A stretch of 33,228 nucleotides of DNA, taken from assembly GCA_021779235.1 (NCBI GenBank), contig JAJYBA010000001.1, positions 1 through 33,228 of the forward strand, read 5' to 3'. The notes below the pieces were generated by a model. The model ran no database searches, had not been told where the DNA came from, and worked only from the letters and a program-made list of their open reading frames with translations. Of the stretch, positions 16,483 to 26,171 are shown piece by piece (position 1 is the first letter of the stretch; the number at the start of each line of letters is the position of its first letter). This DNA comes from Bacillota bacterium. Its GTDB lineage: Bacteria; Bacillota; Clostridia; Clostridiales; Clostridiaceae. Position numbers and translations under genes: made by a program.

Positions 16483-17181
16483 CTATCCCAAAACCTTAAA
16501 TAAAAGTAATGTTAATAAAACCCCAAAAATACCACCAAAAATAACTTCTAAGATAGAATGAATTTCTGAATCAACCCTACTTTGAGCAACAATTACAGCT
16601 AACAAATAAGATAACACCATAATTAAAGGTTCATTAGTTAATAATGTTATTGCCGTTGCTACGGAAAAAGCTATGGTACTGTGTCCACTTGGCATACCGC
16701 CTCGCAAGGGAGTTCCTTCATCATAAATTGCTTTAACTACCACTGTAGCTATACAAACTATAACTAGTATAAAGAAAATCATGTCAGGATCAGATTTTTT
16801 AAGCTTCGACATCACTGTTCTGTTAAAAGGAGTTAGTCTATCCCAAAATATCACATAACCCACTAGGACTGAATTTATAGCAGTTACAAGAACTGCACCA
16901 GCAGAGACATTTTTAGCAATTTTCGCTAGTGGGTGATAAAAATTTGTTGTAGCATCTATGGCACATTCTACTGCGGTATTTATCATTTCAGCAACAATAA
17001 CCAAGGTTATTGTTATTGTAATAATTAGAAGTTCTAGCTTTGACAAGTCATAAAAAAATGTGGCAGTAAGCACTATTATTGTAGCTACCATATGTATCTT
17101 CATATTTCTTTGCGTGCGAATAGAGTATATAATTCCTTCAATAGCGTAATTAAAACTATCAACTAATTTTTTTACCTTCAT
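16483..17181 (-). CDS. dgkA: Undecaprenol/diacylglycerol kinase fused to a PAP2-like domain
   Basis: N-terminal SFNYAIEG...NMKIH...EMINTAVE..D...AKIAKNVSAGAV (DgkA/UdpK). C-terminal GMPSGHS and SRV...IHS..EV..G (PAP2). Confidence 0.9.
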   Translation of the reverse strand: MKVKKLVDSFNYAIEGIIYSIRTQRNMKIHMVATIIVLTATFFYDLSKLELLIITITITLVIVAEMINTAVECAIDATTNFYHPLAKIAKNVSAGAVLVTAINSVLVGYVIFWDRLTPFNRTVMSKLKKSDPDMIFFILVIVCIATVVVKAIYDEGTPLRGGMPSGHSTIAFSVATAITLLTNEPLIMVLSYLLAVIVAQSRVDSEIHSILEVIFGGIFGVLLTLLLFKVLG

Positions 17182-17260
17182 ACTTAACCACCTTTAAAAA
17201 TTTACTCATACAGTACGTAACTACATGTCATTTTAAATTAGCCACCTTTGCAAATGTTCT

Positions 17261-17761
17261 CTATCTAGATATTTTAAAATTGTTCAATATTTCTTCTTCT
17301 CTTTTTCTCATAATATTTTTCGGAACTTCCTCCATATGGTCATAACCTAATAGATGTAAAATTGAATGCACTGTAAGATATGCACATTCTCTAATAAAGG
17401 AATGCCCAAATTCTTCACTTTGTTCTTTAGCTTTTTCTAAAGACAATGCAACATCCCCGATTACTAGCCTTTCATCATATAAATCACTTTGGTCAAATTC
17501 ATAATTTAAATATACATCTTTAAATACCTTATCTTGTGGATAATGTAACATAGGGAAAGATAGCACATCTGTAATTTTATCTATCCCTCGCTGTTTTAAA
17601 TTTATTTCCCGAATTTCATCATTATCAATTAAGATAACACTTACTTCATTATCTATAACAAGTTTTTCTTCTTTAAGGGTATACTCAATCACATCTTTTA
17701 TAACAGTTTCAAGTTCTTCTGTAACTTCAATCTTATTTTGCCTATTATCAATAAAAATCAT
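17261..17761 (-). CDS. ybeY: rRNA maturation endoribonuclease YbeY
   Basis: TDVLSFP and [11 protein letters not shown] motifs. Confidence 0.98.
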   Translation of the reverse strand: MIFIDNRQNKIEVTEELETVIKDVIEYTLKEEKLVIDNEVSVILIDNDEIREINLKQRGIDKITDVLSFPMLHYPQDKVFKDVYLNYEFDQSDLYDERLVIGDVALSLEKAKEQSEEFGHSFIRECAYLTVHSILHLLGYDHMEEVPKNIMRKREEEILNNFKISR

Positions 17762-17841
17762 ACTTATTTTTACTCCTTTACTTAGTCACATTCAAATAAA
17801 TAACAAGTCAGTATACGAATCTTTTCTAGCTATTTTGTTTT

Positions 17842-19965
17842 TTATTTATTTTCATGCACCTTATCCTTTTCCCATTTATCCAGAGGATACTCTATTCTCT
17901 CATGGTATATTCCTGAAAGCACTTTTAAAAAGGCCTTTCTTATCTTTTCTAAATCTTTTAAAGTTAAATCACAATTATCTAGTTGTCCATCATTAAGTCT
18001 TCCTTTTATTATGTTATTAACCATCTCTTCAATTTTACCTTTTGTGGGATTTGGAATTGATCTTACTGCTGCCTCCACTGCATCCGACAGCATTATAATT
18101 GCAGCTTCCTTACTTTCAGGGTTTGGCCCCTGGTATCTAAAATCCTCTTCTTTAATTTCATCTGGATTTTCACTAGCATTTTTCATAGTTACATAAAAAT
18201 ACTTAACTAAAGATGTAGCATGATGTTGTTGAATCACATCTTGAATTACCTTAGGTATTTTAAATTCTTTTGCAAACTCTAAACCATCCTTTACATGAGA
18301 GATTATTATCAATGTACTTAGATTTGGAGTTATTTTATCATGTGGATTATCATTTCCTAACTGATTTTCTTTGAAGAAATATGGCCTCTTTATCTTGCCA
18401 ATATCATGATAATACGAGGAGACTCTTGCAAGAACGGGATTAGCACCAACTGCTTCTGCTGCAACCTCAGAGAGATTCGCTACAAGTACAGAATGATGAT
18501 AGGTTCCTGGTGCTTCTAAAAGCAATCTTTTTAATAGTGGATGATTTGGGTTTGATAATTCTAAAAGTTTCACTGTAGTAACTATATCAAAAATACTTTC
18601 GAAGAATGGTAAAAAACCTATGGTAAGTACTCCAGATATGATACTTGCAAGAAACACCATACCTGCCTTTTTTAAAACATCAATTATACTATTACTTAAT
18701 AAAAATCCCATGGATAGATAAAGTGCCAAATTTATTAATGCAATATATATAGATGAATATAATATGTCGTTCCTTTGTTGCATTTTCTTTAATAGCATAA
18801 CGCCTACAATAGAATTCAGCACAGCTAGTAATGTAATTTCAAGATTAAACTTAACTGCAACACTAATCAGAATACAGTTAAGAATATTCAAAGCTATTGA
18901 TACTTCATCATTAATTAAAATAGTCATAAGCATCGGTATACATGCTAGTGGAATTGCAAACAAAGAAATTATACCTAGTATTCTAGCCAGTAATATAGCT
19001 ATTATACTAAGAATATTAAGCATAATTAATCTTCGCGTATCGTTAAAGATTTCCGCATGATACTTATATAAATAAAACCATTGAAGCAGAATCACTAGAC
19101 ATACAAGACCAGCTAAACTTAAATATAAGGACCATTCAAAATTACTAGAATTATCTAGGAGCCCTAATGATTCTAATAATGTCTTTTGTTCTAAGGTTAT
19201 TGGTTCTCCCTCTTTTACAATGATTTGGTCCTTTTTAATCATGACAGGTTTAACGTTTTTTCTAGCTGTTTCTATTGCTAAATCTGTTTTTTCTTTATCA
19301 TAAATTGTATTTACCCGAACTTCTACATTTGCTATAGACTTTCCTATTTCCCTTATAGCTTTGGGGAAATTCGAATCATCAAAAGCTGTATCAATAAGAT
19401 TCTTTGCCATTATAATTTCTTCAGGCTTATCCTCATTTATTATAAATGAGGCATCTAGGGTGGTCATTCTGTCTTTAATAAACTCTTCTAATTCATCAGC
19501 TTTTTTTTGTTCTAAATTTATTAAGACCTGATAATCTTCATAAGCAAACCCATTAATTGGATTGCTTGCTTTGAGTAAAGTTATTTTTTCCTTTTCTGAT
19601 AATGGCTTTCCTGTGGAAGCCCCATTATTATTTGTGGTTGATTTACTAGTATCACTAGTATTTAACTGGCGCACTGCAGTAAATAATTTACTAATATTTT
19701 TTATAGCTTCCTCATTTACTGGAATCTTAATTGTTTTCTTTCCTACTTTTTCTACAGCTTTTTTTCTATCACTTTCCGTGGATACCTCATTTTCCACTTC
19801 TCTAGAGGCTTTTATATCTACTTTTGCAATATCCCCAACATTTAGCGAATATTTTTTGGGAACTAAAGCTGTTACTAAAATTGAATACATGATAAGTGCC
19901 GTAACTATAAAAATCAAATATGGTTTTGCTTTATTGAGCTTCATAAGTTCTCTAATACTTTTCAT
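17842..19965 (-). CDS. pgpH: 7TM-HD family phosphohydrolase, PgpH-type c-di-AMP phosphodiesterase
   Basis: Extracellular domain, multi-TM region, APGTYHHS, YYHDIGK..RPYFFKENQ, IMLSDAVEAA; located next to ybeY. Confidence 0.88.
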   Translation of the reverse strand: MKSIRELMKLNKAKPYLIFIVTALIMYSILVTALVPKKYSLNVGDIAKVDIKASREVENEVSTESDRKKAVEKVGKKTIKIPVNEEAIKNISKLFTAVRQLNTSDTSKSTTNNNGASTGKPLSEKEKITLLKASNPINGFAYEDYQVLINLEQKKADELEEFIKDRMTTLDASFIINEDKPEEIIMAKNLIDTAFDDSNFPKAIREIGKSIANVEVRVNTIYDKEKTDLAIETARKNVKPVMIKKDQIIVKEGEPITLEQKTLLESLGLLDNSSNFEWSLYLSLAGLVCLVILLQWFYLYKYHAEIFNDTRRLIMLNILSIIAILLARILGIISLFAIPLACIPMLMTILINDEVSIALNILNCILISVAVKFNLEITLLAVLNSIVGVMLLKKMQQRNDILYSSIYIALINLALYLSMGFLLSNSIIDVLKKAGMVFLASIISGVLTIGFLPFFESIFDIVTTVKLLELSNPNHPLLKRLLLEAPGTYHHSVLVANLSEVAAEAVGANPVLARVSSYYHDIGKIKRPYFFKENQLGNDNPHDKITPNLSTLIIISHVKDGLEFAKEFKIPKVIQDVIQQHHATSLVKYFYVTMKNASENPDEIKEEDFRYQGPNPESKEAAIIMLSDAVEAAVRSIPNPTKGKIEEMVNNIIKGRLNDGQLDNCDLTLKDLEKIRKAFLKVLSGIYHERIEYPLDKWEKDKVHENK

Positions 19966-20015
19966 TTCCCTTCCCCACCTTTTCTTCTCGAGTAAACTAA
20001 AAAATAAGTTAATTT

Positions 20016-21137
20016 TTATTTTTCTTCTAGGGCAATATTTTCCTCAGCAACAACCAACACTTTTATCAAATACTTATCTTTCTCCTTTTTTACATCTTGA
20101 ATTTTGTCTACAATCTTTACATTTTTATCTAAATTCCTCAATATATTTGAATATATTTGCTCCGTTACCTTAGTCACATCCACAGGCATATTCTTTTCCT
20201 TAACTTCATAGTAGATTTCTTTATTTATAAACTTATCTTTATTTTCTATTTTATCATAATTACTATATGGAATTAAGTTATTTTTCAGATAAATTTTTTT
20301 ATTTCCAAATTTAATGTATAAATTACTTATACTGTTTCCGGTTTTAATCTTTGATTTATTGTATAATGGAACTTCTTTAATTTCCTCGTAAAAAGTTTTT
20401 GCTATAACCTCCCCTTCTGCATGTACAGGATAAACACTTCCTTCTTTACCTTGTTCCCCCTTAACTAATAGATCCCCCTTTTGTATCATATCCCCATTTT
20501 TCACAACGGCTGTACCTTCGGCAGTAAATACCCTAACTACTATACCATCTTTATTAGCTATTAAATTACAGGGGGTTTGGTTACTAATTATAATAGGTGG
20601 TGATTGCCTTTCTATTACATCAACTTTTAGCTTTACACCTTCAATCCTCGCTTTTACCCACATTATTTCATCATTGCTTCTCGTAATTTTATTTTCAATG
20701 TCATAGACATCTATATTTTTCTTTCTGAGTCCAGGTATTACCCCAAAACCTTTAATTTGGTTACGCAATTCATAAGGGCTTATATAATGTTCTGTATTAA
20801 TTTCTATGTTCCATACAAATGTGGATAAATAATATATTATACCTCCAAATAAAACTACTCCGAATAGAAGAGCAGATCGAGTTCTTATTTTCATTAAAAA
20901 AAAGGATAAACCTTGTCTTCCTATAATTTTAATTCTAGTGTCTGTTTGTTTTGCAACCTTGTTAATTTCGCTATAATCGCTTAACTTTACTTCTAAAACT
21001 ACAGTTGTTATATTAATTTTTTTTATATTTTTAACTATAATCCCATTTCTCCATAGTAAATTTATAAATTTTTCTGGAATTAATGATTGAATTTCCATTG
21101 TGATATTACCTTTTTTGTATTTTTTAAAATTATTCAT
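20016..21137 (-). CDS. yqfD: Sporulation protein YqfD (stage IV)
   Basis: PEKFINLLW, TM then 'FVWNIEI', 'PCNLIANKDGIV...GTAVVKNGDMIQKGDLLVKG'. Start 21137 overlaps the end of yqfC. Confidence 0.9.
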   Translation of the reverse strand: MNNFKKYKKGNITMEIQSLIPEKFINLLWRNGIIVKNIKKINITTVVLEVKLSDYSEINKVAKQTDTRIKIIGRQGLSFFLMKIRTRSALLFGVVLFGGIIYYLSTFVWNIEINTEHYISPYELRNQIKGFGVIPGLRKKNIDVYDIENKITRSNDEIMWVKARIEGVKLKVDVIERQSPPIIISNQTPCNLIANKDGIVVRVFTAEGTAVVKNGDMIQKGDLLVKGEQGKEGSVYPVHAEGEVIAKTFYEEIKEVPLYNKSKIKTGNSISNLYIKFGNKKIYLKNNLIPYSNYDKIENKDKFINKEIYYEVKEKNMPVDVTKVTEQIYSNILRNLDKNVKIVDKIQDVKKEKDKYLIKVLVVAEENIALEEK

Positions 21138-21414
21138 GACTTTCATACACAACAGACTTAAAGTTTCCACTTAAGGTTATTGTGTTCCCCCCTATAAATA
21201 ATATTTTAAAATTTTTCCCATATATTGAGATTGGACCCACATTTGAATTTATTTTTATTTCTTCTTCTTCAAAAATTACTACACCCTTATGATTTTCTAT
21301 ATTTATTTCATTATTAGCCAAGATAGTAATCTTGGGTAAATCTAATAAAATATCTCTTGGTAATTCTAACTTGTTAGCTATAGTTTCTTTTGTTCTATAA
21401 AATTTATTTTCCAT
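21130..21414 (-). CDS. yqfC: Sporulation protein YqfC (YabP family)
   Basis: LELPRDILLDLPKITI...IENHKG; upstream of yqfD. Confidence 0.92.
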   Translation of the reverse strand: MENKFYRTKETIANKLELPRDILLDLPKITILANNEINIENHKGVVIFEEEEIKINSNVGPISIYGKNFKILFIGGNTITLSGNFKSVVYESHE

Positions 21415-21511
21415 ATACCCACCTCATAAAATACTTCATATTAAATTTATGAAAAAAAAACCTAAGAAATTACAGTTTTCAAACTTTATAATTTCTTTAG
21501 GTATATGAAAA

Positions 21512-21545
21512 TAAAAAAAAAGACTCAACAAAAGCTGAGTCTTTT
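21512..21545 (-). terminator. Intrinsic terminator of the rpsU-yqeY unit
   Basis: Minus strand AGACTCAGC-tttt-GTTGAGTCT followed by a long U-tract. Confidence 0.8.
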
Positions 21546-21986
21546 ATTTATTCAAATATTTTTTTACTATTTGACTAACAAGCTTATCATCTGCTTACCC
21601 ATAATTTTAAGCATAAGGCAGACATAATTTTTCCCATGTGTTTCATGCTATTAGTTCCCAATTTTACCAAGGTTTCTCTGACTAACTCTGAAATTTCTAA
21701 TTCAGTTAACTGCTGAGGAAGGTATTCTAACAAGATTATAATCATGCTTTTGTATAAAAGCTAAATCTTATCTCTTTCCATTTTCAAATTCTTGCATGGC
21801 GTCACACCTCTGCTTAACTTCCTTAGCTAAAACTTCGATAACCTGATTGTCATCAAGTTTTGAGCTGTCAGTTTTTCCTATTTGTAATACAGCAGCTTTG
21901 GCCATACTTATTGTACTTGACCTAAATTTATCCTTGCTCTTTACGGCACTTTTTCAGTCTTCTTGTAATCTTTCTTTAAGGGACAC
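21544..21986 (-). pseudogene. yqeY: GatB/YqeY-domain protein, disrupted
   Basis: GTG start, MSLKERLQED*KSAVKSKDKFRSSTISMAKAAVLQ...KEVKQR.DAMQEFENGKR*DL. After a frameshift: IILLEYLPQQLTELEISELV...MGKIMSAL. After further shifts: ADDKLVSQIVKKYLNK. Stops at 21954-21956 and 21768-21770. Confidence 0.9.
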
Positions 21987-22009
21987 AACCAGTACCTTTT
22001 TCAAAAATT

Positions 22010-22186
22010 CTATTTGAATTTTCTCTTTCTTGCAGCTTCTGATTTTAATTTCTTCTTAACGCTTGGCTTTTCATAGTGCTCTCTTTTTCTTACTTCTGAA
22101 AGCACTCCAGCTCTTGCACATTTTTTCTTAAACCTTCTTAAAGCATTCTCAAGTGTCTCGTTTTCTCCAACTTTAATTTCTGACAT
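22010..22186 (-). CDS. rpsU: 30S ribosomal protein S21 (58 aa)
   Basis: [58 protein letters not shown]; strong SD; below the ORF-track size cutoff. Confidence 0.98.
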   Translation of the reverse strand: MSEIKVGENETLENALRRFKKKCARAGVLSEVRKREHYEKPSVKKKLKSEAARKRKFK

Positions 22187-22263
22187 TATTATCCCTCCCT
22201 CCGCTAGCTCAATTCAATTTAAATTTAAAGTAGCCAATGCGGGGCCTAAATAGCACATTTTTT

Positions 22264-22293
22264 ATTATACAACACAATTTTACAGAATGTCAA
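22264..22293 (-). promoter_or_regulatory. Sigma-A promoter of rpsU
   Basis: TTGACA-N18-TATAAT. Confidence 0.75.
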
Positions 22294-22363
22294 GATTTTC
22301 ATTGCTATTTTATTATATATAAACTATTATTGAAAATTCAACTTTTGTAAAATTAGTTATATG

Positions 22364-22714
22364 TTAACCAGGTGGCCACTGAAGCATCCTGCCCCCCAAT
22401 AAATGAAAGTGTATATGTTGAACGGTTTGACCACCTTGTTCTCCGCAATTAGTAACAATTCTGTACCCACTTTCTGCAATCCCCAAGGTTTGCGCAATTT
22501 CCTTTGCTACTATAAATATATGCCCTATTATTTCTGCTTGCTCCACATTTAAGCAATTTAAGTCAGAAATATGTTCTTTCGGAATAATTATAATATGTAT
22601 GGGTGCCTGAGGACTTATGTCTTTGAATCCTATAACTTTATCATCTTCATAAACCAGCTCACAAGGAATTTGTTTTTTTATGATTTTACAAAAAATACAG
22701 TCTTCTCTTTCCAC
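22364..22714 (-). CDS. Histidine triad (HINT-type) nucleotide-binding protein
   Basis: CIFCKII, FKDISPQAPIH, GQTVQHIHFHLLGGR..WPPG. Confidence 0.96.
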   Translation of the reverse strand: MEREDCIFCKIIKKQIPCELVYEDDKVIGFKDISPQAPIHIIIIPKEHISDLNCLNVEQAEIIGHIFIVAKEIAQTLGIAESGYRIVTNCGEQGGQTVQHIHFHLLGGRMLQWPPG

Positions 22715-22749
22715 ATAATCACCTCCTACCCATCTTATATTAATATACT

Positions 22750-22776
22750 ATTCAACAGAAAATTTTATTCTCCTGC
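22750..22776 (-). promoter_or_regulatory. Sigma-H-type promoter upstream of the HIT gene
   Basis: GCAGGA-N17-GAAT on the minus strand. Confidence 0.6.
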
Positions 22777-22800
22777 TAAATATATTTATTCATTTTCAAA

Positions 22801-24126
22801 TTATTTTAACAACATTTTGGAATGAAAGTCTACTTCTCCAATCATATGATCACCCTGGCATTCAATGAGTTTAGTTATATGGAATTCACCCTCTATATCC
22901 TTAGCTGCCTTTGAAGTAACCTTAATGTAGTTGTCAGTGTATCCTTCGAATTCATCCTCACTATTGCTACATTTTTGCTCATAAAGAACATTCATGCATT
23001 GGTTAATAAATCTGTCCATATATTTTTTTTCTAGCATATTGTTAAGCTCAATAAGCTTGTGACTTCTGTCTTCTTTAATATTCCCATTAATCTGTTCTTT
23101 TATTTCAGCAGCTTTAGTTCCCTTTCTTGGACTATACTTGAAAATATGCATTTTTGACAATTCTATGTCCTTTAAGAAGGTATAAGTCTCATTAAATTCT
23201 TCTTCAGTTTCTCCAGGGAAGCCTACAATTATATCCGTAGTTATAGATACTCCTTCTATATTCCGCCTTAGATTCTCTACTACTGTTTTATACTCCTGCG
23301 CTGTATACCTTCTATTCATTCTTTTAAGGGTTGCATCACATCCACTTTGCAGTGAAAGGTGGAAATGTGGACACAGCTTCTTAAATGACACTATTTTCTC
23401 AATAACGCCTTCTGTAAAAAAGGTTGGGTCTATTGATCCTATTCTTATCCTTTCGATACCAGGAACCTTATCCACTTCCTCTAAAATTCGAACCAAATTC
23501 CAGTTCTCTTCCAAATCTAAGCCAAAAGATGCAATATGTATACCTGATAAAAGAATTTCCTTAAAGCCATTCGCAGCTAATTCATGAACTTCTGATATAA
23601 TTTTATCTGGTGCTTTACTACATACTGCTCCTCTTGCATAAGGTATTAAGCAATAAGAACAAAATCTATTGCAGCCATCTTGAATTTTTACAAAAGCCCT
23701 AGTTCTATCTTGATACTCTTTAATATTTAGCTCTTCAAAAACATTGTTTTTTAGAACATCGCTGACCTCTATAACTTGTTTCTTTTCTTCTCTAGATCTA
23801 TTTACCCAATAAACAATATCACCTTTATTTCGGCTACCTAAAACTACATCAACGCCTTCAATGCCCGCTACCTCGTCAGCAGCTATCTGTGCATAACATC
23901 CCACCACTGCAATAACAGCATCTTCATTTTTGCGTCGTGCCCTTCCTATCATCTGCCTTGATTTTTTATCACCCATATTAGTAACAGTACAAGTATTAAT
24001 AACATATACATCCGAAAACTCATCAAAATCGGAAACTTCATATCCCTCTCTAATAAATTTCTCTACCATTGCTTCTGATTCGTACTGATTTACCCTACAC
24101 CCTAAGGTGGCGAAAGCAACCTTCAT
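22801..24126 (-). CDS. mtaB: tRNA t6A37 methylthiotransferase
   Basis: TLGCRVNQYES, NTCTVT, radical-SAM CNRFCSYC; follows rsmE. Confidence 0.96.
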   Translation of the reverse strand: MKVAFATLGCRVNQYESEAMVEKFIREGYEVSDFDEFSDVYVINTCTVTNMGDKKSRQMIGRARRKNEDAVIAVVGCYAQIAADEVAGIEGVDVVLGSRNKGDIVYWVNRSREEKKQVIEVSDVLKNNVFEELNIKEYQDRTRAFVKIQDGCNRFCSYCLIPYARGAVCSKAPDKIISEVHELAANGFKEILLSGIHIASFGLDLEENWNLVRILEEVDKVPGIERIRIGSIDPTFFTEGVIEKIVSFKKLCPHFHLSLQSGCDATLKRMNRRYTAQEYKTVVENLRRNIEGVSITTDIIVGFPGETEEEFNETYTFLKDIELSKMHIFKYSPRKGTKAAEIKEQINGNIKEDRSHKLIELNNMLEKKYMDRFINQCMNVLYEQKCSNSEDEFEGYTDNYIKVTSKAAKDIEGEFHITKLIECQGDHMIGEVDFHSKMLLK

Positions 24127-24878
24127 TATATATTTCCTCCTAAATCTCCTAGTTCATACATTATCAAACTTAAACATGTAAACCCTGCAGTCTCAGTTCT
24201 AAGTATTCTCGGACCCAAAGTGACAATACTAGCTCCAATTTCTTTCAATTTTAATATTTCGCTTTCTTCAAATCCACCCTCTGGTCCTATGACAATAGCA
24301 ACTTTATTAATATGTTTCTTTTCTAAGTTTTCTACCAATTTCTTTATGCCATAGCCTTCTTCATTTTCATAGGGAACCACTACTAAATCCATAGACTTTA
24401 GTTCTTCTAAAAGTTCCCCAAATTCAATAGGAACATTAATCTCAGGCACCAAACTTCTCTTACTTTGTTTGCAAGCTTCAAGGGCTATTCTATTCCATCT
24501 ATCTACCTTTTTAAATTCCTTAAGTTCAGTTTTAACTACTACTCGCTCTGTAATTATAGGTGTTATCGCTTTAACACCTAACTCCGTATTTTTTTGAACT
24601 ATTAAATCCATTTTTGTTGATTTAGGCATACCCTGAAATAAGTATACTTCAATAGGACTTTCATTATTTATAGAATTTTCTTCTAATAGATTTATACTTA
24701 CAGTTTTCTTATCAATTAAGGTTATTTCACCTACATATTCCTTCCCTTCACAGTTGTTGACACTAACCTTATCACCAACTTGAAGCCTCAATACCTTATA
24801 TATATGCTTTACATCTTCACCATCAATAATAGCATTATTGTCTACTATGTTATGCTTTGGCACAAAAAATTTATGCAT
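24126..24878 (-). CDS. rsmE: 16S rRNA m3U1498 methyltransferase
   Basis: HIYKVLRL, QKNTELGV, EACKQS, IGPEGGF, LGPRILRTETA. Confidence 0.97.
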   Translation of the reverse strand: MHKFFVPKHNIVDNNAIIDGEDVKHIYKVLRLQVGDKVSVNNCEGKEYVGEITLIDKKTVSINLLEENSINNESPIEVYLFQGMPKSTKMDLIVQKNTELGVKAITPIITERVVVKTELKEFKKVDRWNRIALEACKQSKRSLVPEINVPIEFGELLEELKSMDLVVVPYENEEGYGIKKLVENLEKKHINKVAIVIGPEGGFEESEILKLKEIGASIVTLGPRILRTETAGFTCLSLIMYELGDLGGNI

Positions 24879-24904
24879 TATTTATTCTCTCCTCAACTTA
24901 TATA

Positions 24905-25840
24905 CTATAACTTTGCAACTATGCAAACCCATTCTCCCTCAATATTTATCTCTTCAATTTCAAAACCACATTGAGTTAGCTTATTTACCACCTCATCTTT
25001 TTTATTTAAAATTATTCCAGAAGATATAAAATATCCACCCTCTACTATAAATTCTTTAACTTGTTCAGTTAAAAACATAATTATGTCAGCCATTATATTT
25101 GCTATTACTATGTTAGCCTTTCCTTTAACAACTTCCATTAAATCCCCGTATAGTATCTCAATGTTACTTAAATCATTATAACTAACATTTTGCTTTGCAG
25201 ACTCTACTGCTACTGGATCTAAATCAACTCCTATGGTTTTCTTAGCTCCAAGCTTAGCTGCAGTTATGGATAATATACCCGACCCTGTTCCTATATCAAA
25301 AACCGTTGAATCACTATTTACGTGCCTTTCTAGAGCTTTTATACACATTCTAGTAGTTTCATGAGTACCTGTGCCAAAAGCCATACCAGGATCTAGTTCC
25401 ACAATTATTTCATCAGAATTTTTATTGTATTCTTCCCATATCGGCTTTATAACTATCTTTTCTCCAACCTTTATTGGTTTATAATATTTTTTCCAGTTAT
25501 TTTCCCAATCTTCTTCATTTACTTTCGTTGCAGTAACAGAGCCTACACCCTTGTCTAGTCCAAAGGACTCCAAATTATTTACTCCTGTTTTGATATCTTG
25601 TAAATAACCTTCAAATTTTTCATCTTCTTTAAAGTATCCCTTAACTACAACTTCATTATTTACATCTATAATAGTTTCATCAAAATAATCCCAATCAGTA
25701 GTATGATCTCGTCTAAAAATCAAATCTGAAGGATCCAAAATAGAAACCCCTTTTACACCAGTATTATATAGCATTGCTGACACAGCCTCAACAGCCTCAC
25801 TGCTTGTTATTATAGTTACTTCAATCCAATCTTTATTCAT
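24905..25840 (-). CDS. prmA: Ribosomal protein L11 methyltransferase
   Basis: [37 protein letters not shown]. Start at MNKDWIEV (25840) behind SD AAGGAGG. Confidence 0.97.
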   Translation of the reverse strand: MNKDWIEVTIITSSEAVEAVSAMLYNTGVKGVSILDPSDLIFRRDHTTDWDYFDETIIDVNNEVVVKGYFKEDEKFEGYLQDIKTGVNNLESFGLDKGVGSVTATKVNEEDWENNWKKYYKPIKVGEKIVIKPIWEEYNKNSDEIIVELDPGMAFGTGTHETTRMCIKALERHVNSDSTVFDIGTGSGILSITAAKLGAKKTIGVDLDPVAVESAKQNVSYNDLSNIEILYGDLMEVVKGKANIVIANIMADIIMFLTEQVKEFIVEGGYFISSGIILNKKDEVVNKLTQCGFEIEEINIEGEWVCIVAKL

Positions 25841-26130
25841 TGTTATCCTCCTTGTTCGTCTCTGTGGGTACAAAACAATTATATACTCCACTATTATATA
25901 ACTCTTATTATATTTTGCTTATACGAAAGTTTCGTTTGAAAAAGCATAAAATTTATCTACACAAGTGTATCATTTCTAGTAATTTAACACAATATGATTA
26001 AACCACAAATGCTACCATAAGATTGGGCTTTGTTAATCAAATCTCCTATTTAGAATTCATTTGTAGTACTGGGAAGAAAAACTTCACACTTTTATTATTT
26101 AACTATTTTTAGTAGAATAATCATAAAGTA

Positions 26131-26171
26131 ATAATAAAAAACTCCGTTTTATAAAACGAAGTTCTTTATTA
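26131..26171 (-). terminator. Putative terminator after dnaJ
   Basis: ATAATAAA.AACT.CGTTTTA/TAAAACG.AGTT.TTTATTAT inverted repeat. Confidence 0.65.

Noticed and set aside
19966-20015. Absence of phoH between yqfD and pgpH, and of glyQS after recO, relative to Bacillus gene order
   Set aside because: No remnant or scar is visible. As far as I recall, this reduced order is usual for Clostridium sensu stricto.
21436-21475. Possible sigma-E promoter (CATAAATT -10) before yqfC, and a similar candidate before the cotS-like gene
   Set aside because: It is biologically plausible, but the motif is too weak to distinguish from AT-rich background by eye.
25841-26130. 290-bp dnaJ-prmA gap with an AGGAG-TTG mini-ORF and a short palindrome ACGAAA-g-TTTCGT
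   Set aside because: The SD-start spacing is too short and there is no recognisable RNA motif. It is most simply a promoter region.
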